Below are positions 1 to 13,965 of a stretch of DNA of 64,000 nucleotides, piece by piece (the first letter of the stretch is position 1; each line of letters starts with the position of its first letter). The stretch spans positions 1,550,001-1,614,000 of the forward strand of contig JASVEC010000001.1 of assembly GCA_030770535.1 (NCBI GenBank). The letters run 5' to 3'. The position numbers were made by a program, and so were the translations under genes. The notes below the pieces were generated by a model. The model saw only the letters and a program-made list of their open reading frames with translations, searched no databases and had not been told where the DNA came from. The DNA is from Batkoa obscura. Taxonomy: Eukaryota.

Positions 1-57
1 TTGATTTAATTATATTAAATATAAAAGTATAAAAAAGTACAAACTTAATTTTGTAGA

Positions 58-521
58 TGTAGAATATTGCTTTATTAGCTCTTGGATTGATTATAACACA
101 ACAATCACTTAAGTTGCTGTGTTCTCAAGTTCAAGCACAATCAAGTCAGAGTCCCTTACTTTGATTTGCTGCGGGAATTACTAACTTCATATTGCAAAGA
201 ATATTATCTTCTCGTTTTAATATCCATACTTATTGAAGTATAAAAGAGATTCTTCAACATGATAACTCGATGCTTTTTAACTGAATTATTCCCTGATATC
301 GTACTTTTAATAAAGCCACTAAGTTTTTCTGATAATATCTTACATAGATTTTACAGTAGTATTTTCTATTCTATTTGTTTTACATAGTTCGTAACTTATT
401 ACGTATTATTCTTATTCATTTAAGTCTATCTTAGTTATATAAACTAAGACCTTTCGACTCAAGGCAAGTTAATCAACCAAGAACTGCTTTTAACTCCTAC
501 CACTGAGTACCAACTTTCACA
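58..521 (-). mobile_element. Solo LTR-like element, copy 1
   Basis: Family consensus TGTGAAAGTTG..AATAAAGCAATATTTCACA; TSD not clear. Confidence 0.85.
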
Positions 522-1113
522 AATATTATAAAGCATAAATACTCACATTTATCAGCATTAATAATATTAATAACTGAAAAGTTAATAGATTTTTTTAAAG
601 ATTTAGCTTGCCCAGGAATTTATTATAATTATATCCACTTTTATTTATAAAGATATCTTTTTTTTTATTTCTTTTTTTTAATTGCAAATTTATAGCAAAA
701 GTAATTTTTTTGTTTTTAACCTTTAATAAATTAAGTATTTTTTACCAGAATTAATTTTTTTAAAGTAATTATTAATTTGTTATTAATATATAAGGATATA
801 TTTTTTTGTTTAAAAATTTTATCAATTTTTTATATTTAAATAGTGTTTAAAAAATTAAAAAAATGACAAAACTCAAAAAAACACTTATATTTTTAAATTA
901 TAAATAAACTTATGTTTATTAAAGCAATGACTAGTAAATGTTTTTATAATTTTTTTTATATTTGATCTAGTATCAAAATATTATTATTGTTTTATTATTT
1001 AATATCTTTTTTAAAAACTATAATGTTTATTATTAATTTTAGTGCTTTTTTTACTATTATAAAGTTTATACTTATATCTGCCTTTATTTTTATAACATTT
1101 AATAATATTATAT

Positions 1114-1212
1114 AGGGATGTTTTTTTTGGTTTCATCACTTTTTCCATTTTTTAAGTGCTATTTGAGCGGAAAGATTGTTAGTAAAATTCTTAAACAAAA
1201 AGATACATCCTC
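1114..1212 (+). mobile_element. ~100-bp MITE (degenerate inverted copy at ~792-890)
   Basis: Family consensus GGGGGTGTTTTTTTTGG..AAGCGCTATTTGAGCGG..AAAATACATCCCC; TSD ATAT. Confidence 0.85.
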
Positions 1213-1243
1213 ATATACAGTTTGTATAATAAAATCATATCTT

Positions 1244-1742
1244 TGTGAAAGTTGGTACTTAGTGGTAGGAGTTAAAAGCAGTTCTTGGTTGATTAACTTG
1301 CCTTGAGTCGAAAGGTCTTAGTTTATATAACTAAGATAGACTTAAATGAATAAGAATAATACGTAATAAGTTACGAACTATGTAAAACAAATAGAATAGA
1401 AAATACTACTGTAAAATCTATGTAAGATGTTGTCAGAAGATTTAGTGAGTTTATTAATGATACATTATCAGGAGAGTAATTCAATTAAAAAAAGCCTCGA
1501 GTTATCATGTTGAAGAATCTCTTTTATACTCCAACAAGCACGGATATCAAAATGAGAGGATATCATTCTTGGCAATATGAAGTTAGAAATCCTCACAACA
1601 AATCAAAACAAGGAACTCTGTATTGATTATACCACATGGTTCACGGTTAAATTGATTACAAGACTACAACTAGTTTTGTAAACAAGTTCAATGATTATTA
1701 TTTTATAATTAATACGAGAGTTAAATAAAGCAATATTTCACA
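1244..1742 (+). mobile_element. Solo LTR-like element, copy 2
   Basis: TGT..ACA ends, TSD TCTT. Confidence 0.9.
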
Positions 1743-2671
1743 TCTTACTAATAAAGATTTAAGACTTTTAAATCCATTTAAATAATCTATAACTAAATTA
1801 TAATGTATTGTGGAATTTGTTTTATGCTTAAATCCTTTAATAGCTTGAGATTGATTTAACATTATAAAATAAAAAAATAAAAAATGGAAATAAATAAAAA
1901 TTAATATATTTATTATTAACTTTGATTAGATATTTTGATTATATTATAAGTTTATATCATTTTATTATAATTTTTAGATAATAAGTTTTATGTAATAATT
2001 ATCAACTTGGTAAGTTTTTTAATTTTGAAATTAACAATTTCATTGGTAGTTTTCTTTAATTGAAAAATGAAACTAACTCCAATTACTAATATAAATTCAC
2101 CAATATAAATGAAAAATGTTATATTAAAATTACTAAAACTTTTAAATAAACTTTTTTTGTTTATCATATCAAATAAAACTTACATTTTTATAAGTTCAAG
2201 TATACTATTTCAACTTTGTAATTTTTATTTTTATTTTTATTTTTAATTGTTTACTATTAAAAATATTTGTGTAAATCTACTTTGATTTTGTAATTAAAAA
2301 AAAAAATAATACCTAAGTCATTTATAAAAGCTTTATAGCAATTTAGTTCAACTATAGCCATTACACTAACTTATAAAATCATCCGGGAGCTTGAAGGTGA
2401 TTCTATTTAAAGCTTCCCAACTCTTTGAAAATAAGTGGTTACTAAACTTTATCCCTTCGTCAAATTAGTCTGCTAGTGATGTAATTTATTAAAGTGATGT
2501 AGTTTATTAGAATAACTGATTTTAGCACTTATTATCTTATTATAGTAAACAAAACATTTAAAGCTTATAATTTCAAGAGTAAAAAACAATAATAAAAACA
2601 ATTAACATTTACATTTGATTATAATCATGATTAAATTTTTATGATATTTTTGTTAGTAAGAGGAAATGTTC

Positions 2672-3145
2672 TTAATTTGAAGAGATGGAATTTGATCGTT
2701 TAGATTTTTGGCGTCTATTTTGAAACCAAATCTGGACAGTACGGGGTTTTAACTTAAGAGATTTAGCTAATTTCAGTCTTAAGCTTCGATTAGGGAAAGG
2801 AGTAATCGTATAAGTTCTTTCTAAAGAATCTACTTGATGTAAAGATTTTCTAACTCTCATCCCTGGGAACTCTAGAAACAAATTTTCATTCGAATATACT
2901 GAATTACATGATAATTCATTATATACACTAGATCCGTTACACTTATGATAGGGCATTGGTGAAATATGATTGTTTAAAAGGGACCAGTCTATCAAGTCCG
3001 ACACACTAGGTAATTTTTTGAAAGATTCATCATCGTAGGTTGAATTTTTTAATTCGGGTAATTTGATATCAGAATATAAAGCATTGGGATAATCAAAGTA
3101 GGAATAAATTTTATGGCTTAAAGAGAATTGATCCAAATAGTTCAT
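2672..3145 (-). CDS. Homeodomain transcription factor HD-A (157 aa, intronless)
   Basis: C-terminal homeodomain RVRKSLHQVDSLERTY..FPNRSLRLKLAKSLKLKPRTVQIWFQNRRQK; LPSVSDL motif; TATA-like element about 50 bp upstream. Confidence 0.95.
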   Translation of the reverse strand: MNYLDQFSLSHKIYSYFDYPNALYSDIKLPELKNSTYDDESFKKLPSVSDLIDWSLLNNHISPMPYHKCNGSSVYNELSCNSVYSNENLFLEFPGMRVRKSLHQVDSLERTYTITPFPNRSLRLKLAKSLKLKPRTVQIWFQNRRQKSKRSNSISSN

Positions 3146-3195
3146 TGTTAATTTTTTTACAATACAATTAAAATTTGATATTTGATTATTTACTC

Positions 3196-3209
3196 TCTTA
3201 TATACTTTT
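3196..3209 (-). promoter_or_regulatory. TATA box of HD-A
   Basis: AAAAGTATATAAGA about 50 bp upstream of ATG. Confidence 0.5.
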
Positions 3210-6042
3210 TAGTCGTAACTTTAAACAATTAAAACTAGTAAAATTTTCAAATAAGCTTACAACTTTTTTTAGCTCCTTAACTTAAGCAATTGAGATGAGT
3301 TTTTCCCCTATATGGCTATATCTTCTGAATTTTATTATCCCCTTTTCTATTTGAAATAATTATAATGCAGGTTTAGATTCAGGGTTAATACTTAATTAAA
3401 CCCTATTTTTGTAGAACAAGTAATATATTGTTTATTGGTTTATAAGCTTATTAAAAGCAAATATGTGACTATTTGTTAATTCTCATGGGTGTCAAGTTAG
3501 CTTAGTTTGTAATTTATATTTACGTTTAGTAATTGTAAATAGAGTGTACGCTTAATTATTAAACCATAATAACTTTTCTCCTTAGATTTTTATAAAACAA
3601 TTTTTTTCATTAAATGATCAACTTAATCAAAAGTCAGAAATTAAGGAATTAATCTTTATAATTTATAATATTATCAATTTATAGCAAGAAAATTATTAAA
3701 GTTTCATAGCTAAGAGTGAAAGTAATGATCTAATGAGGAATATGTTAATTGACGGGATTATTTTTATATGGGTTTTATATAATGATATATATAATCGAAA
3801 AAATAAAAGTAAAAGATAAAAGATAAAAGATAAAATTCATTTTATAATAATTCTTTATAGAATCTAGCGATAATATTAAGGTAATGTAAGTTTCTGTAGT
3901 AAATGTATTTATTTAGACTACAATAAATACATTATTCTTCTAGGATATAAATTAATTAACCAAAATTCTTTTCACCCTTGATTCAATACATTATAGTGCT
4001 AGAATTACTTAATAAACATATCTTTTAAAATATATTATATAGGTAAATTTTGTTAACATACCAACATTTATTTACTTTATTTGTACCCCAATTTATGGAA
4101 CAATTCTATGCAGTCAAAATCCTTAAAGTCCAATTTTAATTTGTTTTAACTCCAGATTACTAAGCTTATTTTCATGGAACTATACCAAATTGACTTTTAT
4201 TTGTTTCAATTTATTTAGCTATTTTTATTGGAGCCACCCCATTTCGTAGCATATTAATTGCAATTTATATTTATTTTGACCACTCTAGACTCTTTATTCA
4301 ATATGAAATGATAGTTAAATAGGTCTTTTTTCATTTGGTATAGTTAAATATTATCGCCGTTATATTTGTATAAGACAAACAAAATTATTAAAATTTATGA
4401 AATCATACCCTAAGTTATGGATTTATTAGATTTTAAATCGATCTTATTTTTTTGTTATTAAGTATGATATTACTTTTTAATTGCATGTTTGTGTAAATCC
4501 CATACTATGCTAAGACTATTTCGAAGAGTAGACTTCCTTTTATGCCTTAAGATTTAATATAAGTAAAAAAAATTATTGGCTAATAAAGGGAGAGTTTATT
4601 TTTTTGAGAAATTTTCACAATCTAATTGAATTAAAGAAGCTTGAAATAAATTAAAATAAATTGGGCTAATATTAATTTATTACAAACGTTTAAAAAACGT
4701 TGAGTTTGAATTAAAATGAGAATGATTTAACAATTTTAATAAAAAAAATAGTGTTATCATATATATTTATAAATTTAATAGCTAAAAAATTAATTAAAAT
4801 TTAAAAATGAAACAATTGAATTAAATATGTAGCTTTTATTACAATTATTGTATGGGCAATATTTATTATATTTAATTTATATTCAATACAATAGTGTGGA
4901 TAGGTAGTAAAATTTAATTAACATTCGAGGTTAATTTTAACAATTTTTTTAAAAAGTTGTAATGTTATAGCTCAGTTTATGGTTAACTTTTGCATTCTTA
5001 CTTAAATCACCTGAATTTGCCCCTTAAAATACTAACCTGTTTAAGGATAGTTTTATATTTTTTTCTATTATTTATTTTTAACTTATTTTTAGTTTATTTA
5101 CTTTTATTTATTTTAAGATAATGTTTTATTTTGTTTTAACAATATTAAAATTGTTGATAAAATAATACTAATAATACTAATGCTAGTAATTTAGTTTTAT
5201 AAATTTTTATATTGATCTTTTATTTCATTTTTTATCTTTATTAAAGTTAATTTAAAAAATTTAGAATTAATTAAGTTTAAGCCAATCAATTTTTATTTTT
5301 CTATTATTGCCTTTTTTTTCATATAATTTCTCCAATCTATTTAACTTGTCAATATATTTTAAATATTTCTCCACTTTCTTATTTAATAGTTATAATATAG
5401 CCCATTAATTATAATAAATTACTTACAAATTATTACTATCAATGTTTTATTGTATATTGTTTGAATTTGAAGTAAATAGATTTAAAGATTTCATTATAAT
5501 AAGTTTTGAAATATAGAAAGTACATGTACATTTAGTTAATAAATGTCAATGATATAATAAGATATTTGAAATAAATTACAATGATAACTACCCTGTACGT
5601 TATAAAGGATTAGATAAAAATAAACAAAGTTAATCAAATAATAATGATCTAAAATTTAATTAACCCCGGTTAAAATTTTAAATTTTACAAATGTTGTAAT
5701 CATAACACTGTAACACTTTTTAGAAGTTATACGATAAATGATATTTAAAAAAGTTATAATTTTATATTATTATTAGGCTATTTAAAAAAATAAAGTTATT
5801 AAATAAACAAATTATTAAGATTAAATAATGTTACCATAATAAATGATTAATTAGAATAATTTTTAACAATTTTTAATAATTAAGATTAAGTTCAAACTAC
5901 AAAAATTAACAATAAACATCAAAAGTCCTATAAATTACAGTGATTTAGTATAATTTTTTTAAAAAGTAGAAGAAAAAGTGTAGAATGTTTCTGACTGATG
6001 AAATATCATAAAACAGTTATAAGGATTTTTTAAAGAACTGTA

Positions 6043-6525
6043 TTAGCTTCGTAATTTTTGACGCTTATTTTGAAACCAAATTTGAATGTTTCTTTGGTCA
6101 AGGTTTAATAGGTTAGCTAGACAAACCCTTAGTTTACGATCTGGGAATTGGTTAGCTGAAAATACTTGAGCAAGTACATGGGTTTGATAGTCTGATTTAC
6201 GAAGTCTAGGTTTATACGGTTTTCCTATCTTATTTGCTACTGGGTTACTATAATCGTTATAATATTTCATACTACTATTTTCATTGCTTGGGTAATTACT
6301 TTCAAACTCAGAACTACTTGATTTAAATTTAGTAGGAGTATCAATACAAGACATATCACTTATTGGTTTTAGTTCTGATTCTTTAAATAACTCAGAGATG
6401 CTTGGTAATTTAATAGACCCTTTACAACGACGATTAGAGTTTGAATAGGAATTAATGTATGAAATTTCATTTGCAGAAGAGTGAGAATTATAATGATAAC
6501 AATGTATTCCTTCTGTCATGTTCAT
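6043..6525 (-). CDS. Homeodomain transcription factor HD-B (160 aa, intronless)
   Basis: PRLRKSDYQTHVLAQVF..FPDRKLRVCLANLLNLDQRNIQIWFQNKRQK; LPSISEL motif. Confidence 0.95.
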   Translation of the reverse strand: MNMTEGIHCYHYNSHSSANEISYINSYSNSNRRCKGSIKLPSISELFKESELKPISDMSCIDTPTKFKSSSSEFESNYPSNENSSMKYYNDYSNPVANKIGKPYKPRLRKSDYQTHVLAQVFSANQFPDRKLRVCLANLLNLDQRNIQIWFQNKRQKLRS

Positions 6526-7805
6526 AATATTACCCTCAAGTATTGAATTTTCAATCTTTTAATGTTTAAAAAGTTAGATTTAATATAAGCTAGTGAGTAT
6601 CTTTTTATAGGGTTGCTATATAGAAAATTGTGATTTCTACCTAATGATACTTTACACTATTTATTAGCATTTATATTTACATATTAAGAATAAACAGAAA
6701 ATTTCAAACTCATGGTTCACCCCTTAATCACATATCCTATTGAGTTTCATAAAAGTAAAAGTATTTCAAATTTTGCTACTTGAAATTATATCATTGGGTT
6801 AGATGGGCATAACATCATAAATTTATAATTCATTAAAGTATTATTCCAGTTTGTTTTTGCCCTTAAAAGTTGTAAAAATAAAATATATTTTTACTTAGCT
6901 TTTGTAATATAAACTTGAGGTAGCATTTTTTCACTAAGGGTTATTGACCCGCTCTCAGATCAAACTATTGAACCTATTTTTCATACTCCCTTATTATCTT
7001 TAAAAATAGTAATAGTATAAACTTAAGTAATATAAAACAAGATAAAATTTTTTAATATGAAATCATTTCTAGATTAAATTTGATAAAAAAAAAAGTTTAT
7101 TAATATTTTAAAGTATTGATTTGTTGCTTTATTTTATGTATAATTTTATATTTTATTCACTATTATATCTTTTAACTTTATTATATTTGATTGTTGAACT
7201 CCACTTCCATACATTTGAAATGGATCACTATTATATTTCAATATTATATTATAACAATACATCATTTATTAACTTAATTTAGTAATACTTTAATCCATGA
7301 AATCATGGCTTTATTAAAAAGTAGCTAGATCATTTAATTTAATAATACTATTAATATGTCACTACTTTGTTACTCTTTTTATCACTATAGATAGTATATC
7401 TTAAAATTTATTTAGTACTAATTGAAAATAATTAAAGGATACCTCAATTTGGTTTAAAGCCGATAATCGATTAGTGGTACTTATATTGATTTAGTTGTAA
7501 AGTTATCGATATTAATTTTGATTTTAAAACTAAAAATAATGGAGTTATGATTTTTTACCCTTATATTTATTTTTACAAAAAAAATTCTTGAACAACTACT
7601 CAGACCTGAAAACTCTTTATAGATTGAGTGATATAAGTTATAGTATATCTTTTTGAAAAATGTTTTATCCACCGAGATTGAACATTTGCAAAGCAAAAAT
7701 TCAACAGGATAATCAAATTTGTAGTATTTTGTTAAGTTTTTATTAAGTTTTTTTGCTTGGAATTACCAACCATTGGAGTTCTATATATTTTTTAAAATGG
7801 TATAT

Positions 7806-7904
7806 GGGAATATATTTTTTTGTTTAAGAATTTTACTAACAATCTTTCCACTCAAATAGCGCTTAAAAAATGGAAAAAATAATGAAACCAAAAAAAACAC
7901 CCTC
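7806..7904 (-). mobile_element. ~100-bp MITE
   Basis: Family match, TSD ATAT. Confidence 0.85.
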
Positions 7905-8612
7905 ATATAACATTATATTTTTAAATTTTTGAAGGGGGAATATACTTTAAAGGATGTAGCCGCTAAAAGCCAACACGTAATGTTTTGAAAGCATAAAGGA
8001 GAGAGGCTACTTAATCCCGTTATAAGCCTGGTTTGCTTAAATTAGAAGCTGTAACTGACTTATAATATTTTTTAATTATAAATTTTTAATTATAAATTTT
8101 TAATGTTCTAATGTAAAGTGTTGAAAATAATAACTTTATAAACTACAGTATTTAAGTTTTTTTTATTATATATAAAAGTTTAGTTTCAAATTATAGTTTT
8201 CATAAAAGAAACCTTTATAGATAAAGAAGCTATTTATAAAGGATAATATAATATAGTTTGTAGTTTAATATTAGTATATTTATTTTTAACTAAATTACAA
8301 TTATGCCTTTTTATAATAATGTTAGATTTTATTATTAAGTTCTTGTAAAATTAGCTTAAGTATAAATATAGAAGCGTGTATTTAGTTTGAACCATTGGCA
8401 TTAAAATATACAATGATAATAAATAGTTATTCAATAATTCTAAATGTCGATATTATCAAAAAAATTAATAAACAACAAAAGTATAACTGTACATTTTAGA
8501 CTGTCCCAAAAAAGTGTCCAATTCAAAGCATATTTTAATACAATTTTTATTTTGTTTATTTTTATATTAGCTTAAAATTTAAAAAATTCAATAAAACCTT
8601 AAAAGAGATATT

Positions 8613-8710
8613 GGGGGTGTTTTTTTTAGTTTCGTTGTTTTTCCATTTTTTAAGCGCTATTTGAGCGGAGAAATTGTTAGTAAAATTGTCAAACAAAAAA
8701 ACACATCCCT
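8613..8710 (+). mobile_element. ~100-bp MITE
   Basis: Family match. Confidence 0.85.
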
Positions 8711-8913
8711 AATGTTAATTAAGCTTTAAAGTAGTTTATTATTAAATATTTTTAAGGGTTTTTTTTAGGCAAATTTTAATTATAAAAACTGTAAAATTAA
8801 GACAAAAATTAGTTTTTGATTTAAACTTTAATATTTATAATTAAAACAAATTATAAACAAAAAGACAAATTTAAATTAAATAAAAATTAAAGCACTTTTA
8901 AATTAGTTTATAT

Positions 8914-9012
8914 GGGGCTGTTTTTTTTGGCTTCATTACTTTTTCCATTTTTTAAGCGCTATTTGAGTGGAAAAATTGTTAGTGAAATTCTTAAACACAA
9001 AAATACATCTCC
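8914..9012 (+). mobile_element. ~100-bp MITE
   Basis: Family match, TSD ATAT. Confidence 0.85.
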
Positions 9013-9195
9013 ATATAGGTTAATCGTTTTATATTAAAGATTTTTGTATAATTTTAAAAATTAGTTAAAAGTATAGCTATAATAAATTAGAAAATTTAAC
9101 TAAGTATTATATAATTATCAATTTTATATTAGATTTTATATAATCATTAGTTTTATATTAAAAATTAATTTATCAGTTTTATTTAAAATTATAGT

Positions 9196-9718
9196 TGTGA
9201 AATATTGCTTTATCAGCTCTATAATTGATTATCATGTAATAATCACTTAACTTGTTTACAAAACTAGTTGTAGCCTTGTATTCAATTTGATCGTGATTTA
9301 TGTGATATAGTCAATCCAGAATTCCTACTGCCTAGTCATGAAGGATTTATTGTCTACGTTTTAATGCATATACTTAGTAATTATAATAAGGAATAACTGT
9401 CATCGTGTTTCTTATATATAGTCACCCAGTTGGAGTATAAAACAGATTCCTCAACATGATAACTCGAGGCTTTTTAACTGAATTACTCCCTGATATCATA
9501 TCATTGATAAAGCCACTAAGTCTTTCTGACAACATCTTACGTAGATTTTACACTAGTATTGTCTATTCTATTTGTTTTACATAGTCCGTAGTTTATTACG
9601 TATTATTCTTATTAGTTTAAGTCTATCTTAGTTACATAAACTAAGACCGTTCGACTCAAGGTAAGTTAATTAACCAAGAACTGCTTTTAACTCCAATCAC
9701 TGAGTACCAACTTCCACA
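9196..9718 (-). mobile_element. Solo LTR-like element, copy 3
   Basis: TGT..ACA ends, TSD TAGT/TAAT. Confidence 0.88.
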
Positions 9719-10206
9719 TAATATTGGATATTACAGTTATTTTTATTAAAAGTAGATAATTTATTATAAAACTAAATTTTAAACTTTATTTAAATTTTCA
9801 GCTTTTTATTATAAACTATTTTGTGTTTTTTTTTAGCTGTATTGAATAATATTTTAATATAAATATTTATGTTATTTGTTTATTTATTTATTTATTATTA
9901 TTGTTATCATAATTTTATATTTTACTAAATAAATTTTTTAATATTTTGCATATTTTTTTAATAAGCTATTCCAAACTTTTTTTAAATTCTCAGCTTTTTA
10001 TAACTAATATAAAGCAATTAAGCTTTAAATATTAAATTTTATAACTCCAAATAAAATAAATAAAACTAAATAGATAGATAAACTGAAAGTTAATCTAAAT
10101 TAAAAAGTAAAAAATTATTATATGAAAAAAACAAAATAAAGAATATTAGTTTATATAAAATTTTAACTAATTTTCAGTTAATTGAATTAAATTAATAATT
10201 AGCAAA

Positions 10207-10685
10207 TGTAAAATATCGATTCATTAGCTCTAGGATTGATTATAATATGATAATCAATTCAGTTCCTTATATAGATTTGCTGTGAGAATTTCTACCACCT
10301 AACTATGAAGAACTTATTGTCCACGTTTTAATGTCCATAATTGGCAACTATAATAAGGAATAACTATTATAATATTCCTTATATATAGCCACCCAGTTGG
10401 AGTATAAAAGAGATTCTTCAACATACTAACTTGAGGCTTTTTAATTAAATTACTCCCTGATATCATATTATTAATAAAGCTACTAAATTTTTCTAACAAC
10501 ATCTTACGTAGATTTTACAGTAGTATCTTCTATTATATTTGTTTTACATAATTCGTAGCTTATTACGTATTATTCCTATTAAGTTAAGTCTATCTTAGTC
10601 ACATAAACTAAGACCGTTCGACTCAAGGCAAGTTAATTAAGCAAGGACTGCTTTTGACTCCAACCATTGAGTATCAACCTTCACA
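10207..10685 (-). mobile_element. Solo LTR-like element, copy 4
   Basis: TSD CAAA. Confidence 0.9.
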
Positions 10686-10812
10686 CAAATCAATGATTTG
10701 ATCTAAATAATTGGTTAAAAATGTGATATAAAATTTTAACAAATTTAATTAAATAAAAAACCAAAATATTATTATTTTTTAAATTATACATGCTGGTAAA
10801 TTAAATAATATA

Positions 10813-10885
10813 TAAGGATATATTTTTATGTTTAAGAATTTTACTAACAATCTTTCGCTGAAACAACGCTTAAAAAAACATCCTT
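10813..10885 (-). mobile_element. MITE, internally deleted and degenerate
   Basis: TTTAAGAATTTTACTAACAATCTTTC core. Confidence 0.7.
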
Positions 10886-11088
10886 AAATATAAACATTCT
10901 AAATTAAAAAATATTAATATTTTATAAACTTTATTTTAAATTTAAAGTTTTAAAAATAATAATATTGATTTAAAGATAAAGCTTTTAAAATTTATTAAAG
11001 TTAGAAAATAAAAACAATGAAAATAGCATTATAATTAAAAAAAAGTATTTGGTTTAGTAAATGCTATTAATTAGTTTAAAAAATATCA

Positions 11089-11681
11089 TGTGAAAGTTGA
11101 TACTTAGTGGTCGAAGTTAAAAGCTACTCTTGCTTAATTAACTTGCCTTGAGTCGAACGATCTTAGTTTATGTAACTAAGATAGACTTAACTTAATAAGA
11201 ATAGTATGCAATAGGCTATACGAAAGCCGGTACTCAGTAGTAGAGGTTAAAAGCTACTCTTGCTTAATTAACTTGCCTTGAGTCGAACGGTCTTAGTTTA
11301 TGTAACTAAGATAGACTTAACTTAATAGAAATAGTACGTAATAAGCTACGAATTATGTAAACAAATACAATGGAAGATACTACTATAAAATCTATATCAG
11401 ATGTTGTCAGAAAGACTTAGTGACTTTATTAATGATACGTTATCAGGGAGTAATCCAATTAAAAAGCGTCGAGTTATCATATTGAAGAATCTCTTTTATA
11501 CTCCAACAAGTATGGATATTAAAACGAGAGGATAATATTGTTTGTAATATTAAGTTATAAATTCTCGCAGCAAATCAAAATAAGGGACTCTGACTTGATT
11601 GTGTTTGAACTTGAGAACACAACAACTTAAGTGATTGTTGTGTTATAACCAATTCGAGAGCTAATAAACCAATATTTCACA
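11089..11681 (+). mobile_element. Solo LTR-like element, copy 5, with duplicated first ~130 bp
   Basis: TSD ATCA around the whole unit; head repeated from about 11219. Confidence 0.88.
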
Positions 11682-13180
11682 ATCAATAAAAAAATTATAT
11701 AAAAAATGATAAATTAATATTATAATAAAAAAATTAAGCTATTTAAAGTTTTTATTTAAAAAAACTTATTAAAATGATATTAATATTTACACTAATAATA
11801 GTTATATTTGTATATTTATTGAATATAGTTTTATAGTAATAACACATAAGCTAGTAATTTAAATATAAATAAAATTTATAAAGCTTAATTATAATATATA
11901 ATTTTTAAAATTATTAATATTTTTTTTTGTATTAACAGTTAAAAATAAAATTTTAATTAAAAACTAAGCTAGGTTTAAAAATTAATTACTTGTATAACAA
12001 TATTATAATTAATTTTTAATGCCTGATCTTTATGCAATGGTTTTTGATTATTAATTACTAAAAAATGATTGTTCAAAGTTAATATTTTAATTTTTAAAGC
12101 AATTTTTTAAAATCTTGTATTTTAATTAAATTTAATTGATTTTTTTTAAATAAGCATTTAAAAAAGCTATAAAAAAGCAGCAGCAGCTATAAATAAATTT
12201 ATTTTTATAATAGTATTAAATTAGTTTTTATACAATTTAAAAAAATGAAATAATTTTAGGATTAATATATATATTTTTATATTATAATTTTATAAAAAAA
12301 TGTAATATAAGACTCAAAATTAACAAAAATCGATATAAAATAACCTATATTTTATTATTATCAAGTTTTATATTAATTATATTCTAGAATTATAGTATAT
12401 CAAAAACACATGTACTAATTTTATATTCATGCTATTTTCTTGAACTGTATAAAAACTAATTTGGTGTCTGTATTATAATGAATTTATATAAAAGAATAGA
12501 ATATTTAAAATTTCGATTCAAATGATCAAAAAAGTCAAATTGTTGGTGTTGTGTTATTTTGTCTATAATTTTAAATTATATCAAAGGTATTATTATAATA
12601 AGCAAATATATTAATCTTTATAATGAAATAGGATAAGGACATTGTTATTTCATAAAACAGGTTGTATTATATAATATTAGTATATATATAGTAGTTATTT
12701 AGTATTATAATACTTTTATTACGCTGCTGAGATTAAAATTGATAAAATTTAATTACCCCACCCTTAACTCACATCGATTACAAAGTTAAATCAAACTTGA
12801 CTAATCCTAAAAAAATATTATAAAAAAGCCATCTTTTTTGGACCATATTATAGCCAACTGCTCAAAAACCAGCCAGTTTAAAAAGAAAATTATGCTTTAC
12901 TAAATATATTAAAGCACCCAAAGTAAAAAAATAACTAAAATTTAAAACATATTAATGGGGAAAAAGAAGCAATCAAAAAGATTTCGTTACAAATTTAAAA
13001 TTAGATCGCATTCTTCAAACGATTGAAACTAAGCTTTTGAGATTTGGGGAAACTCACGTGGGGTTTACAAATGGTGTATTATATTAACAGATAGTCGAGT
13101 ATAAATAAAAAAACAAAGATGTATATAAATATACTAAAACTTGATATAAAAATAAAGCTCAATTAATACAATCAAAAGCC

Positions 13181-13906
13181 ATGAATTTATTCCGCTACTT
13201 TTTACTAATAGCTCCGATTGTAAGTCTACCAAATTTAACAAAAAGGCAAAATATGGCGTGTAGTGGTTGGACAGAAGAATTTGGTAATGGTATGGGTATG
13301 TTTAGCGCAGAAGGACAAACTATGGTCCAAGACGGTAAACTGTTTTTAAAGATAAGCCCGGGAAATACACAAAATCAAACGTCTGGGATAACAATAGGAT
13401 ATGGTGCGAAAGTGATGAGTAATACCAAGATATTATATGGTAGCTTAAATGCGAGAATAAAGTCAGCGAGAGTAGGAGGGGTAGTTAGTGCTTTCGTATT
13501 GATGTCAAATGAAAAGGATGAAGTAGACTGGGAATGGGTAGGTAAAGATGAATATAGTTCTCAAACAAATTACTATTATCGTGGGGAATTAGATTACACA
13601 AAAGGGGTTTATATTCCTAATTCATATAATACTTATCAAGAGTTTCACGATTATGGAATCAACTGGACTCAAGATGAATTAAGCTGGCTAATTGATGGAA
13701 AGGTTGTCCGTACGGTAAAGAAGAGTGAAACAGGAGAAAAGTTTCCTAATACTCCTACAAATATCTATTTCTCGATCTGGGATGGAGGTGCAAGCGCAGC
13801 AGGGACAAGAGATTGGGCAGGTGGTCAAATTAATTGGCAAGATAGTGAAATAGTTAAAAATGGATATATAGCTATGGAAGTAGAATCAATTACATACTCA
13901 TGTTAA
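13181..13906 (+). CDS. Secreted GH16 (Crh/Utr2-like) glucanase/chitin transglycosylase
   Basis: Signal peptide, KR dibasic site, catalytic ExDxE (DEVDWEW), FHDYGINWT, WLIDGKVVR, SIWDGG..GTRDWAGG; no Ser/Thr-rich or GPI tail. Confidence 0.93.
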   Translation: MNLFRYFLLIAPIVSLPNLTKRQNMACSGWTEEFGNGMGMFSAEGQTMVQDGKLFLKISPGNTQNQTSGITIGYGAKVMSNTKILYGSLNARIKSARVGGVVSAFVLMSNEKDEVDWEWVGKDEYSSQTNYYYRGELDYTKGVYIPNSYNTYQEFHDYGINWTQDELSWLIDGKVVRTVKKSETGEKFPNTPTNIYFSIWDGGASAAGTRDWAGGQINWQDSEIVKNGYIAMEVESITYSC

Positions 13907-13965
13907 ATAATAACTTTATAATAACAAGCTTTATTTTTTAAAATAATAAAAAGGATTAAATTAAT

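Noticed and set aside
1118..1306. 62-aa ORF (likewise 10314-10502 and 35378-35581)
   Set aside because: Chance frames across MITE or LTR sequence
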